A DNA stretch of 64,000 bases from Alphaproteobacteria bacterium (lineage in GTDB: Bacteria > Pseudomonadota > Alphaproteobacteria > CALKHQ01), in the NCBI GenBank assembly GCA_965227515.1, contig CBDDFZ010000002.1, positions 640,001 to 704,000 of the forward strand, in the 5' to 3' direction. The notes under the pieces are model-generated. The model had not been told where the DNA came from, searched no databases, and worked only from the letters and a program-made list of their open reading frames with translations. The position numbers were made by a program, and so were the translations under genes. Shown one piece after another: positions 46,308-55,075 of this stretch (positions are counted from its first letter, which is position 1; each line of letters starts with the position of its first letter).

Positions 46308-47275
46308 CCCTTCTTCTCGCCCACCGCGATCAGGCAGTCGCCGTGGCCGGTGAGGCCGGCAAGGCAGAGCCAGGGGAACAGCAGGCCGCGCCACAGGCCC
46401 ATCAGCCCCATCACCAGCAGCGGGTTGCGCAGCGCGCGCAGGGGCTTCGGCGGGCGGGCGAACAGGGCGGCGACGGTGGACTGGGTGACCCAGATTGCAG
46501 GGGTCTGGGTGCGCACCGGCCGCGCCGCGAACCCGGTACGGCCCAGCGCGTCGGCCACGTCCTGCGCGCGGAAGTGGGTGATGTGGAACGGCACGTGCCA
46601 GTTGATCCACATCTTGCCGAACACGCCACGGAACCAGCTCCTGGCGTTCGGGCAACTGATCCAGACCTGGCCGCCCGGCGCCAGCAGCCGATGGATGTCG
46701 CGCAGCATGGCGTCGGGGTCCAGCGCGTGCTCCAGCACCTGGCTGATCACGATGACGTCGTAGCGGTGCGGCGGGTCGAAGTCGGCCAGATCGGCCTCGT
46801 GCACTTCGAACCCCTTGTCGCGGGCGGCGGCGGCGGCGACCGGGTTGAACTCCAGCCCGTCGGCGCGGAACCCGTTGCCGCGGTAGGCGACCATCTTGCG
46901 CCCCTCGTTGCAGCCGACGTCGAGCAGCCGGTTGCGGTCGGGCGCCGGCGGGCGCCATGCCTCGAACGAGATGTCGCCGTCGATGGCCAGGAATGCACGG
47001 TAGAGCGGCCCGCTCAGCAGCTTGGCGCGCAGCCGGGTATAGAGCCCATCCTTGGACCCGCCGAAATTGTAGTGCTTGGCGTAGAGGTCCTTTAGCTCGT
47101 CCGCTGTCGGGCGCGGCATGGTCTGTTCCAGCCCGCAGGCGTCGCAGCGCACGATGTCATAGGCGGCTTCGACCCCGAAGCGGGTGTCGCGCACGCCGAC
47201 CAGCACGGGCGAGAAGCTGTCGCCGTCGCACACCGCACACACGGTCCGGGGATTGGCCTCGGGCGCCGCGCTCAT
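46304..47275 (-). CDS. Class I SAM-dependent methyltransferase with N-terminal Zn ribbon (glycan-associated)
   Basis: CAVC...CDAC, LLDVGCNEG, VLEHALDP and WHVPFHITHF; overlaps the GT2 stop. Confidence 0.85.
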   Translation of the reverse strand: MSAAPEANPRTVCAVCDGDSFSPVLVGVRDTRFGVEAAYDIVRCDACGLEQTMPRPTADELKDLYAKHYNFGGSKDGLYTRLRAKLLSGPLYRAFLAIDGDISFEAWRPPAPDRNRLLDVGCNEGRKMVAYRGNGFRADGLEFNPVAAAAARDKGFEVHEADLADFDPPHRYDVIVISQVLEHALDPDAMLRDIHRLLAPGGQVWISCPNARSWFRGVFGKMWINWHVPFHITHFRAQDVADALGRTGFAARPVRTQTPAIWVTQSTVAALFARPPKPLRALRNPLLVMGLMGLWRGLLFPWLCLAGLTGHGDCLIAVGEKKG

Positions 47276-48213
47276 CGGTCGAGATAGGCCCGGTACTTGG
47301 TCGACATCGCCGAGTTCGGGTCCTTCAGCTCGGTCAGCTTCAGGCTGATCTGGTACTCGTGGAACGCACGCAGCAGGCAGTAGCGGAAGCCGATGCGGCC
47401 ATCCAGGAAGCCCATCTTGAATACGTACATGTAGAGGAACACGCACACCGAGCGCGCCGGCAGGTGGCGGTAGGCGAAGTTCTTCAGCGCCCGCCTGCGT
47501 CCCGGCCCCTTGGATCGGATATCGGCCTTGATGGCTTCCGTCCCGCGCCCGGTCAGCCGCCGGTGCACCTCCACCGCCTCCAGGCTGGTGTAGACGTTAT
47601 GGCGGTCCAGATAGCGCTCGATGCCCTTGTAGTCGTGGTGGACGAAGTGGTTCTTCAGGTAGCCGCTGTCGCCGTCCACCACCATGTGCTCGTGGACGAT
47701 GCGGTCCTCATAGCGGGCACGGCCACGCCGGAACAGCCGGAGCTGGTAATCGGGGTACATGCCGCCGTGCTTGATCCACTTGCCGGCGAACAGGTTCTGG
47801 CGCGCGATGTAGTAGCCGGCGGGCCCGTCGTCCCGCCACGCGCGGATGACCTCCTGGATCTCCGCCGCCAGTTCCGGCGTCACCCGCTCGTCGGCGTCGA
47901 CCCACAAGATCCAGTCGTGGGAGAAGTCGATGTTCTCGATTGCCCAGTTCTTGTGCACCGAGAACACGTCGAACACCCGCTGCTCGACGCGCGCACCCGC
48001 CGCGCGGGCGAGATCCAGCGTGCTGTCGTCGCTGTAGCTGTCGTAGACGATGACCTCGTCGGCAAAGGCGACGCAGGCCAGGCAGTCGGCCAGGTTGCGT
48101 TCTTCGTTCTTGGTCGGCACCACCACCGACAGCGGAGCCCTGGGCGTGTCGGTGTGGCGCGCAGTTGTCGCGGGTGTGGCGGCGTCTTCCAGCCGTGTCA
48201 TCGATCCATCCAT
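47272..48213 (-). CDS. Glycosyltransferase family 2 (KdtX/WaaE-like)
   Basis: VVVPTKNEERNL, DSYSDD, WVDADE, YPDYQLRLF, VHE and GFLDG. Confidence 0.92.
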   Translation of the reverse strand: MDGSMTRLEDAATPATTARHTDTPRAPLSVVVPTKNEERNLADCLACVAFADEVIVYDSYSDDSTLDLARAAGARVEQRVFDVFSVHKNWAIENIDFSHDWILWVDADERVTPELAAEIQEVIRAWRDDGPAGYYIARQNLFAGKWIKHGGMYPDYQLRLFRRGRARYEDRIVHEHMVVDGDSGYLKNHFVHHDYKGIERYLDRHNVYTSLEAVEVHRRLTGRGTEAIKADIRSKGPGRRRALKNFAYRHLPARSVCVFLYMYVFKMGFLDGRIGFRYCLLRAFHEYQISLKLTELKDPNSAMSTKYRAYLDR

Positions 48214-48331
48214 GGGGGCATGCTAACCCGCGAGCAGGAAACGACTCTTAAACGCAGATGGCCTGTTGTAGTCCTTACGCGCGGCATTCGCGACCCTGAC
48301 TCGGCCCCCGAAAGCATCCGGACCCCGGCAG

Positions 48332-50143
48332 ATGTGCGGCATCAACCTGATCTTTGGCTATGGCGACGACGCCCCGCCGGTCGACGAGGCCGCGGTGCTG
48401 GCGACCCGCGATGCCATGCAGCCGCGCGGGCCGGACGGTGCCGGCCTGTGGGTCGACGAGGGCAGGCGGGTCGGCCTGGGCCACCGGCGGCTGGCGATCA
48501 TCGACCTCAGCGAGGCCGGCGCGCAGCCGATGCACACCGCCGATGGCAAGCTGACCATCACCTACAACGGCGAGATCTACAATTACCGCGAACTGAAGGC
48601 TGAGCTGGAGGCGGAGGGCGTCGCGTTCCACTCCGACAGCGATACCGAGGTGATGCTCCACCTCTATCGCCGCGACGGCCCGGCGATGTTGGAGTGCCTG
48701 CGCGGCATGTTCGCGCTGGCGATCTGGGACGCCGACAAGCAGGGCATGCTGCTGGCGCGCGACCCGTTCGGCATCAAGCCGCTCTACATGGCCGACGACG
48801 GGCGCACGCTGAGCGCCGCGAGCCAGGTGAAGGCGCTGATCGCGGGCGGGGTGGCGCCGGGTTCGGCGAACCCCGCCGGTCATGTCGGGTTCTTCCTGCT
48901 CGGCTACGTGCCGGAGCCGCATACGCTCCACGCCAACATCACCGCGTTGCCGGCCGGGCACTGGCGCTGGATTGACCGCAATGGCGGCGACCGCACCGAG
49001 TGCTATGCCGATATCGCGCGCATCGTCACCGAGGCGACGCCGGCCACCGACAGCGCCAATCTGGCCGCCGCCCTGGCGGACAGCGTGACGGCCCATCTGG
49101 TCGCCGACGTGCCGGTCGGCGTGTTCCTGTCCGCCGGGCTCGATTCCACCACCATCGCCGCGCTGGCGACCCAGTCCGCCAAGACCAGCCTGCGCACGGT
49201 CACCCTGGGGTTCGAGGAGTTCAAGGGCAGCATTCACGACGAGGTGCCGCTGGCCGAAGAGATGGCGCGTGCGCTGGGCAGCGATCACACAACGGTCTGG
49301 GTTTCCGGCAGCGATTTTGCCGAGGCGGCCAGCGATGTGCTGGCGGCAATGGACCAGCCCTCCATCGACGGCGTGAACAGCTATTTCGTCGCCAAGGTGA
49401 CGGCCGGCACCGGGCTGAAGGTGGCGCTGTCCGGCCTGGGCGGCGACGAGCTGTTCGCGGGCTATCCGAGCTTCCAGCAGGTGCCGGCCCTGGTCTCCCG
49501 CTTCGGCTGGCTGGGGCGGATGGGCGGACCGGCGCGCCTGTTGCGGCGGCTGACGGCGCCGGTCGCAGGTCGCCTGACCTCGCCGAAATATGCCGGCGTG
49601 GCCGAATACGCCGACAGCATCGCGCGCGGCTATTTCCTGCGCCGCAGCCTCTATATGCCGTGGGAGTTGGCGAGCGTTTTGGACCGCGACATGGTCCGCC
49701 AGGGACTTGCCGACCTGGGCCTGGACGCGCGCATGGCGCGAACCGCCAATGGGGCGCGACCGCGCCAGGCGCTGTCGGCGCTGGAACTCTCCTGGTACAT
49801 GCGCAGCCAACTGTTGCGCGACGCCGACTGGGCCGGCATGGCCCATTCGCTGGAGGTCAGGGTGCCGCTGGTCGACATCGCGCTGTTGCGTACGGTGACG
49901 CCGCTGATCGCAAGCCGGAACCCACCGGGCAAGCGCGACATGGCGGCGGCCCCGGCCACCCCGTTGCCCGACGCCATCCTCAACCGCCCGAAGACCGGTT
50001 TCTCGGTTCCGGTGCGCGACTGGCTGATGCAGGGCGCGCTGGCGGATGCCGCCGCAACAGCCGACTCCAATGCCCAACGGGGCCTGCGCGGCTGGTCTCA
50101 GCACGTCTATCGTCACGCGGCGGGTCAAGGTGTGCTCGGTTGA
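48332..50143 (+). CDS. asnB: Asparagine synthase (glutamine-hydrolysing) family amidotransferase
   Basis: MCGI, RGPDG, GHRRLAIIDL, NGEIYN, FLSAGLDS, LSGLGGDELFAGY and LEVRVP. Confidence 0.92.
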   Translation: MCGINLIFGYGDDAPPVDEAAVLATRDAMQPRGPDGAGLWVDEGRRVGLGHRRLAIIDLSEAGAQPMHTADGKLTITYNGEIYNYRELKAELEAEGVAFHSDSDTEVMLHLYRRDGPAMLECLRGMFALAIWDADKQGMLLARDPFGIKPLYMADDGRTLSAASQVKALIAGGVAPGSANPAGHVGFFLLGYVPEPHTLHANITALPAGHWRWIDRNGGDRTECYADIARIVTEATPATDSANLAAALADSVTAHLVADVPVGVFLSAGLDSTTIAALATQSAKTSLRTVTLGFEEFKGSIHDEVPLAEEMARALGSDHTTVWVSGSDFAEAASDVLAAMDQPSIDGVNSYFVAKVTAGTGLKVALSGLGGDELFAGYPSFQQVPALVSRFGWLGRMGGPARLLRRLTAPVAGRLTSPKYAGVAEYADSIARGYFLRRSLYMPWELASVLDRDMVRQGLADLGLDARMARTANGARPRQALSALELSWYMRSQLLRDADWAGMAHSLEVRVPLVDIALLRTVTPLIASRNPPGKRDMAAAPATPLPDAILNRPKTGFSVPVRDWLMQGALADAAATADSNAQRGLRGWSQHVYRHAAGQGVLG

Positions 50144-50203
50144 CACCTCTCGCGCGGTTGTCCACAGTCCGGCCAGCATTCTCGCGCGTCGGAGGAATGA
50201 TCG

Positions 50204-51577
50204 GTGCCGATTGGGAATCGCCGTCAAGTCGCGGAGGCCACGTGCCGCGCCGGGCTTCTGAAGGGTGCGCGTTGTGGCGGCGCGCTCGCACTGATCGCAG
50301 GCGTGGCGCTGTTCGCGCCGCCGGCCCTTGCGATCACCGCCGAGGAGTTCCTTGCCTCGCCGGGCGCGCAGGCGTTCACCGACGGGCGCTACCAGGACGC
50401 GATTGACGGGTTCGAGGCGCTGTTGGTCGACAACCCCGGCGACCCGACGATCCGTCGGTACATCGCCATCGCCTACCAGCAACTGGGCGACCACCAGGCC
50501 GCGGTCGACACCCTGGACAGTGCCATCGCCGATTCGCCCGGCACGGTGGCCCTGCATTATTATCGCGCGCTGTCGCGGCTTGAACTGGGCGATGCCGATG
50601 GCGCGGTCGACGATCTGAACCAGGTCGTGGCGCTGGAGCCGAGCGGCCTCTATGCGCAGCAGGCGGCGACGTCCCTGGCGGCCCTGGGGGCGGGCGACGG
50701 CACGGTGCCCGCCCTGGGCGACCGGCCCTGGGATGCCTCGCTGGAAGTTGGCCTCCAATACGATTCCAACGTGCCCTCCGCGGCCAGCGACGCTCCGGGA
50801 CCGAAGGCGGCGTTTCGCGCCTATGAGGCGCTGTCGGGCGCGTACCGCTTCGACCTGAGCGACACGGTCGAGCTGGAAGCGAGCGGCGACGCGTATCTGA
50901 GCCAGCACTTGAAGGCCGACCTCAACGACTTCGACGTGATGTCCGGCACCATCGGCCTGGCCGGCCGCTATGCCGACTTCGTCGGCGAGCTGCCGTTTGC
51001 CCTGGAGACCGCCTACGAGCTGAACGGCACCCTGCTGGATGGCGAGCTGTTCAGCTATTCCCATTCGCTGCGCACGTCGGCGGTGGCCGCCATCCAGGAG
51101 ATATGGCTGGCGGAAGTGTTCCACGAGATTTCGCTGAACGAGTTCACCAACAACGGCGAACTCGGCACCGTCACCTCGCGCGATGCCATCCGCAACGATG
51201 TCGGCACCCGCCAGTACGTGTTCGTCGACGGGCGCGAGAGCTACGTGTTCGCCGGCTATACCTTCGGCCGCAATCTGGCGTCTGGCAGCAACTTCGATTT
51301 CTACAGCCATGAGGTGGAGATCGGCGGCGTGGCCCAGGTGACCGATGCCATCCAGATCGACGGCACCGCGACCTACACCTACCAGCACTATCCGAACTTC
51401 ATCGGCACCACGACGCGCAGTACCGACCAGTATGAGTTCTCGCTGGGGGCCACCACCGAGATCTTCGACAATGTCGATCTGTCGGCTGGCTGGACCTACA
51501 CGGACGAGAACTCGTCGATCCAGTCATTGGATTACAATCGCCATATCGGCACGATTTCGATAGGATACACGTTCTGA
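50204..51577 (+). CDS. TPR + outer-membrane beta-barrel protein (Slam/DUF560-like)
   Basis: Signal peptide (..APPALA), three to four TPR-like helical pairs, barrel onset WDASLEVGLQYDSNV, alternating aromatic strands, C-terminal ISIGYTF (BAM signal). Confidence 0.75.
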   Translation: MPIGNRRQVAEATCRAGLLKGARCGGALALIAGVALFAPPALAITAEEFLASPGAQAFTDGRYQDAIDGFEALLVDNPGDPTIRRYIAIAYQQLGDHQAAVDTLDSAIADSPGTVALHYYRALSRLELGDADGAVDDLNQVVALEPSGLYAQQAATSLAALGAGDGTVPALGDRPWDASLEVGLQYDSNVPSAASDAPGPKAAFRAYEALSGAYRFDLSDTVELEASGDAYLSQHLKADLNDFDVMSGTIGLAGRYADFVGELPFALETAYELNGTLLDGELFSYSHSLRTSAVAAIQEIWLAEVFHEISLNEFTNNGELGTVTSRDAIRNDVGTRQYVFVDGRESYVFAGYTFGRNLASGSNFDFYSHEVEIGGVAQVTDAIQIDGTATYTYQHYPNFIGTTTRSTDQYEFSLGATTEIFDNVDLSAGWTYTDENSSIQSLDYNRHIGTISIGYTF

Positions 51578-51682
51578 GGGGCCATATGGAGCCATGAGGG
51601 TTCCGGTCATGCGGTCGGCGAGAGAGCAGGCGCCGGCGGCACGGACGATGCGAGAGCTGAGCCTGAAAAAGGCCCGAGGTGA

Positions 51683-52000
51683 ATGATGACGATGTATGGA
51701 AGCAGACTGGCGGTTCTGGGGATCGCGGCGGCATTCGCGCTGGCACCCGTTGCCGCGTCGGCACAGTCCGGAAATGACGCCAACGGCAACGGATCGAGTG
51801 TCGATGAACGGATCGACCTGGCGCTTGGCACGCTGGGCAACTTCGGCAATCTCGATCTGGCCAAGTTCCTGACCGAGATTCCCGACCTGCCGCGGCCCAA
51901 TCACGGCCCGCAGCCATTCCTGCAGCAGCCGGAAGACGCGCAGATCGACTTCACGCCGCCCGGCACCACGGATTCCATCACGCCACGCGGTGTGAAGTAA
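51683..52000 (+). CDS. Small secreted hypothetical protein
   Basis: GAGG RBS; signal peptide RLAVLGIAAAFALAPVAASA|QSG; host-like codon usage. Confidence 0.75.
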   Translation: MMTMYGSRLAVLGIAAAFALAPVAASAQSGNDANGNGSSVDERIDLALGTLGNFGNLDLAKFLTEIPDLPRPNHGPQPFLQQPEDAQIDFTPPGTTDSITPRGVK

Positions 52001-52180
52001 CCCTTATTGGGGTGACGGTTGCGGCATCGCCGGTCGTCGCGTACGGCCGGCGTCGACCCAACATTTCGCCAGATTGATTGTATGAAGTGATATTGCCCCG
52101 AACGGGGCCATGCGACGCCGCATCGGCGGCCCATGTCCGCCAGCGTTTGCCGGGCGGGCCGCGCCTGTTACGATGGCCTG

Positions 52181-52231
52181 CCCTTTGCGTGGGGCCACCC
52201 TTGGCCTGGGGACTACCCTTGGCTTCGGGCC
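52181..52231. repeat. Three imperfect 17-18 bp direct repeats upstream of the ECF sigma gene
   Basis: CCCTTTGCGTGGGGCCA CCCTTGGCCTGGGGACTA CCCTTGGCTTCGGGCC. Confidence 0.6.
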
Positions 52232-52248
52232 GGGACGTCGCATTCAAT

Positions 52249-52276
52249 TGAACCGGATCGCGCTTTGGAACGACCA
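52249..52276 (+). promoter_or_regulatory. Candidate ECF-type (autoregulatory) promoter
   Basis: TGAACC-N16-CGACCA about 40 nt upstream of the sigma start, resembling the general ECF AAC/CGW consensus. Confidence 0.4.
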
Positions 52277-52313
52277 CTCCAATAGCGGCTCCGGTCAGAG
52301 TGGATAGAATACG

Positions 52314-52877
52314 GTGAACGCCAATCCCTCAGACGCGGAACTGCTGAGCCGGGTTGCGGCACAAGACCGTCAGGCCATTGGCCCTCTGTATGAACGGTTT
52401 CAGCGTCGCATTTTCCGGTATCTGGTCCGCATGGTGAAGGACGAAGGGATGGCCGAAGATCTGGTCAACGAGGTGTTTCTGGATGTCTGGCGCGGCGCCG
52501 GCCGGTTCGAAGGCCGTTCCTCGCCGTCTTCCTGGATGTTCTCGATTGCCCACAACAAGGCGGTCAGCGCGTTGCGGCGTCGGCGGGAGGCTTCTCTCGA
52601 CGAGGACGACGCAGCGGCGATCGAAGACGACGCGGCTCTTCCCGACCAGACCGTTCACGAAGACGACGTGCGGAAAATGATGAGGAGGTACCTTGACAAG
52701 CTGTCACCCGAGCACAAGGCGGTAATCGAGCTCACCTACTACCAGGAGCTTTCGATCAAAGAGATCGCGGAAATCGTCGACTGCCCGGAAAACACGGTCA
52801 AGACCAGGATGTTCCACGCAAGAAAGCGCCTGCGCGAAATGATGGGATCGCGCATGAGCCGGGAAAACGTATCATGA
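52314..52877 (+). CDS. ECF sigma-70 family RNA polymerase sigma factor
   Basis: Region 2 AEDLVNEVFLDVWR...WMFSIAHNK; region 4 LSIKEIAEIVDCPENTVKTRMFHAR. Confidence 0.95.
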   Translation: MNANPSDAELLSRVAAQDRQAIGPLYERFQRRIFRYLVRMVKDEGMAEDLVNEVFLDVWRGAGRFEGRSSPSSWMFSIAHNKAVSALRRRREASLDEDDAAAIEDDAALPDQTVHEDDVRKMMRRYLDKLSPEHKAVIELTYYQELSIKEIAEIVDCPENTVKTRMFHARKRLREMMGSRMSRENVS

Positions 52878-53599
52878 CCGACAACCGCACCACAGCCGCA
52901 GAGCGCCAGCAGTCGCTGGAAGAGCTTCTCCCCTGGTATATCAACGGCACGCTCTCTGAGCGCGAAAGCGCCGAGGTCGAAGCCTGGCTGGCCGAGGATG
53001 CCGACGCCCGCGCACTCGTTGACGAGATGCGCCTGGAAAGCGTCGTTACCCGTGCCGCCAACGATGAGATCGCTGGGCCGAGCCCGGCGTCCTTCGACAA
53101 CCTGATGGCGATGATCGACGCCGAAAGCCCGGCAGAGCAGGCCGCACCCGTGGCCCAGGCTCGCCCGGCCGTGCGCCCCAGTCTGATCGAACGGCTGACC
53201 GGTTGGTTGCCGACCCCGTCGCTGAAGGCAGCCGGTGCGCTGGCCGGTGTCGTGCTGGTGGCCCAGGCGGTCGCGATCGCGGTGCTGGTCTCGTCCGGGC
53301 CGGCCGACCAGGCCGATCCGGCCCAGGGCGACGCGAACAACAACTTCATCACCGCCAGCGATGGCACGGGCGCGGCCATTGATGGCCCGGCGCTGCTGGT
53401 CATGTTCGACGAGGCGACGACCATGGGTGACGTGGCGGGATTGCTGGACGCCAACGCCCTGCGCATTGTCAACGGCCCCGAGGCCGGGTTCTACACGGTG
53501 GTGCTGACGGCGGAGGGCGCCGATGCGGCGACCGCCGAGGCGCTGGCCGCGACGCTGGCGGAAGATCCCCGGGTGCAGTTCGCGTCGGTCACGAATTGA
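52874..53599 (+). CDS. Membrane-anchored anti-sigma factor with periplasmic propeptide-like domain
   Basis: ATGA overlap with the sigma gene; N-terminal ELLPWYINGTLS..E...VEAWL (anti-sigma domain lacking the HxxxCxxC Zn ligands); one TM; about 70-aa C-terminal alpha/beta domain. Confidence 0.85.
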   Translation: MTDNRTTAAERQQSLEELLPWYINGTLSERESAEVEAWLAEDADARALVDEMRLESVVTRAANDEIAGPSPASFDNLMAMIDAESPAEQAAPVAQARPAVRPSLIERLTGWLPTPSLKAAGALAGVVLVAQAVAIAVLVSSGPADQADPAQGDANNNFITASDGTGAAIDGPALLVMFDEATTMGDVAGLLDANALRIVNGPEAGFYTVVLTAEGADAATAEALAATLAEDPRVQFASVTN

Positions 53600-53753
53600 T
53601 CAGGGGCGACCCGGCACGCCAAGACTGACATATTGTAGGCGGAATTCAGGGGGCTAGATAGGTTGATCTGGCCCCACGCCGCACCGGCCGATGGCGGCAG
53701 CGCCGCCAACCGGATGTAACCCTGCCGGCGCGGCCAATCATAGTGAGGCGATC

Positions 53754-55064
53754 ATGTTCGACATTGGACGACGCGCGATTGCTCTGCTTTGCACCCTGAT
53801 GCTCATCGTGGCGTCGGTGCCGGTGTGGGTGCCGACAGTGGATGCCCAGACAACGGGCGGCGCCACGGCGGTGCCGCCGAACCTGCCGCCCAACAATCCG
53901 CCCGGCAACGACGATATCACCCGTCCACCGGGTCCAACCGTGCTGGATGACGCCATCATCCCGCCGAGCCTGCCCGGCGGCGGTCCGCTTGAGTTGCCCC
54001 CCGGTAGCTTCGTCGACCGGCAAGTGATGATCACCATTCCCGCCAGCGCGCCGCCCGGCACTGGGCAGGCCATTGCGCAGGGCCAGGGTTTCGGCGTGAT
54101 CCGCGAGTTCAATGTCAACTCGCTCGGCCTGCGCGCGCTGGTGCTGAGCCTGCCGGGCGATTTGGACATTCCCTCCGCGGTCGATTTCCTGCTGCTGATC
54201 GGCGGGGTCAACTCCGCGCAGCCGGTCTATCGGCATAGCCTGGCGGCCGGGCCGCAATACGCGCTGGACACGCTGCGCGTGCCGGCCGCACACCAATATG
54301 CGACCGGCAACCAGATCCTGGTGGCGGTGATCGATTCCGGTGTCGACGCCAATCATCCCGCGCTGGCCGGCCGGGTGGTGGGCGTCACCGACTTTTCCGG
54401 CAGCGGCGGACGCCCCGACAATCACGGCACCGCGGTCGCCGGCATCATCGCCGGCAGCGGCCAAGTGACCGGCATCGCGCCCGGCGCCAGCATTCTTGCC
54501 GTTACCGCGTTCAGCCCGCAGGGCGGCGGTGGCGAAGGCACCTCCGACCGCATCGTGCAGGCGGTCGACTTCGCCATCCTGTCCGGCGCCGACGTCATCA
54601 ACATGAGCTTCTCCGGCCCCAACGACCCGTTGCTGAACCAGACCGTGCAGCGCGCGATTGCCGGCGGCATCGTGGCCGTCGCGGCGGCGGGCAATGGTGG
54701 CCCGTCGAGCGGGCCGAGCTGGCCGGCGGCCATCCCCGGCGTTATCGCGGTCACCGCCACGGACCCGAACGACCAGCTCTATGGCAATGCGACGCGCGGC
54801 AGCTTCGTCAGCCTGGCGGCACCGGGCGTGCAGGTGCTCTGCGTTACCGCCGGCGGCGGTTTCGGCCTGTTGTCCGGCACGTCGATGGCGGCGGCCCATG
54901 TCAGCGGGCTGGCGGCCCTGATCCTGGAGCGCAATCGCGGCGCCAGCCCGGCGCAGGTGCTCGCCATCTTGCAGGCCTCGGCGCGGGACCTGGGCGCACC
55001 GGGACGCGACGCCGAGTTCGGCTACGGGCGGATCGATGCGTTGGGGGCGGTGCAGGGCCTCTAG
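53754..55064 (+). CDS. Secreted S8 subtilisin-like serine protease
   Basis: Signal peptide, Pro-rich linker, prodomain; VAVIDSGVD, NHGTAVAG, AAAGN and GTSMAAAHV. Confidence 0.93.
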   Translation: MFDIGRRAIALLCTLMLIVASVPVWVPTVDAQTTGGATAVPPNLPPNNPPGNDDITRPPGPTVLDDAIIPPSLPGGGPLELPPGSFVDRQVMITIPASAPPGTGQAIAQGQGFGVIREFNVNSLGLRALVLSLPGDLDIPSAVDFLLLIGGVNSAQPVYRHSLAAGPQYALDTLRVPAAHQYATGNQILVAVIDSGVDANHPALAGRVVGVTDFSGSGGRPDNHGTAVAGIIAGSGQVTGIAPGASILAVTAFSPQGGGGEGTSDRIVQAVDFAILSGADVINMSFSGPNDPLLNQTVQRAIAGGIVAVAAAGNGGPSSGPSWPAAIPGVIAVTATDPNDQLYGNATRGSFVSLAAPGVQVLCVTAGGGFGLLSGTSMAAAHVSGLAALILERNRGASPAQVLAILQASARDLGAPGRDAEFGYGRIDALGAVQGL

Positions 55065-55075
55065 GACGGCCCGAT

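Noticed and set aside
48275-51388. 1037-aa minus-strand ORF (likewise 21739-24012, 37509-39713, 56418-59048 and 56485-59004)
   Set aside because: These are shadow or alternative-frame ORFs overlapping clearly identifiable genes (asnB/barrel, tetR/tctA, RND, dinG).
53715-53745. TGTAAC element upstream of the S8 gene as a second ECF promoter
   Set aside because: The -10 region (AATCAT) does not match the CGAC seen at the candidate sigma promoter, so it is too weak to call.
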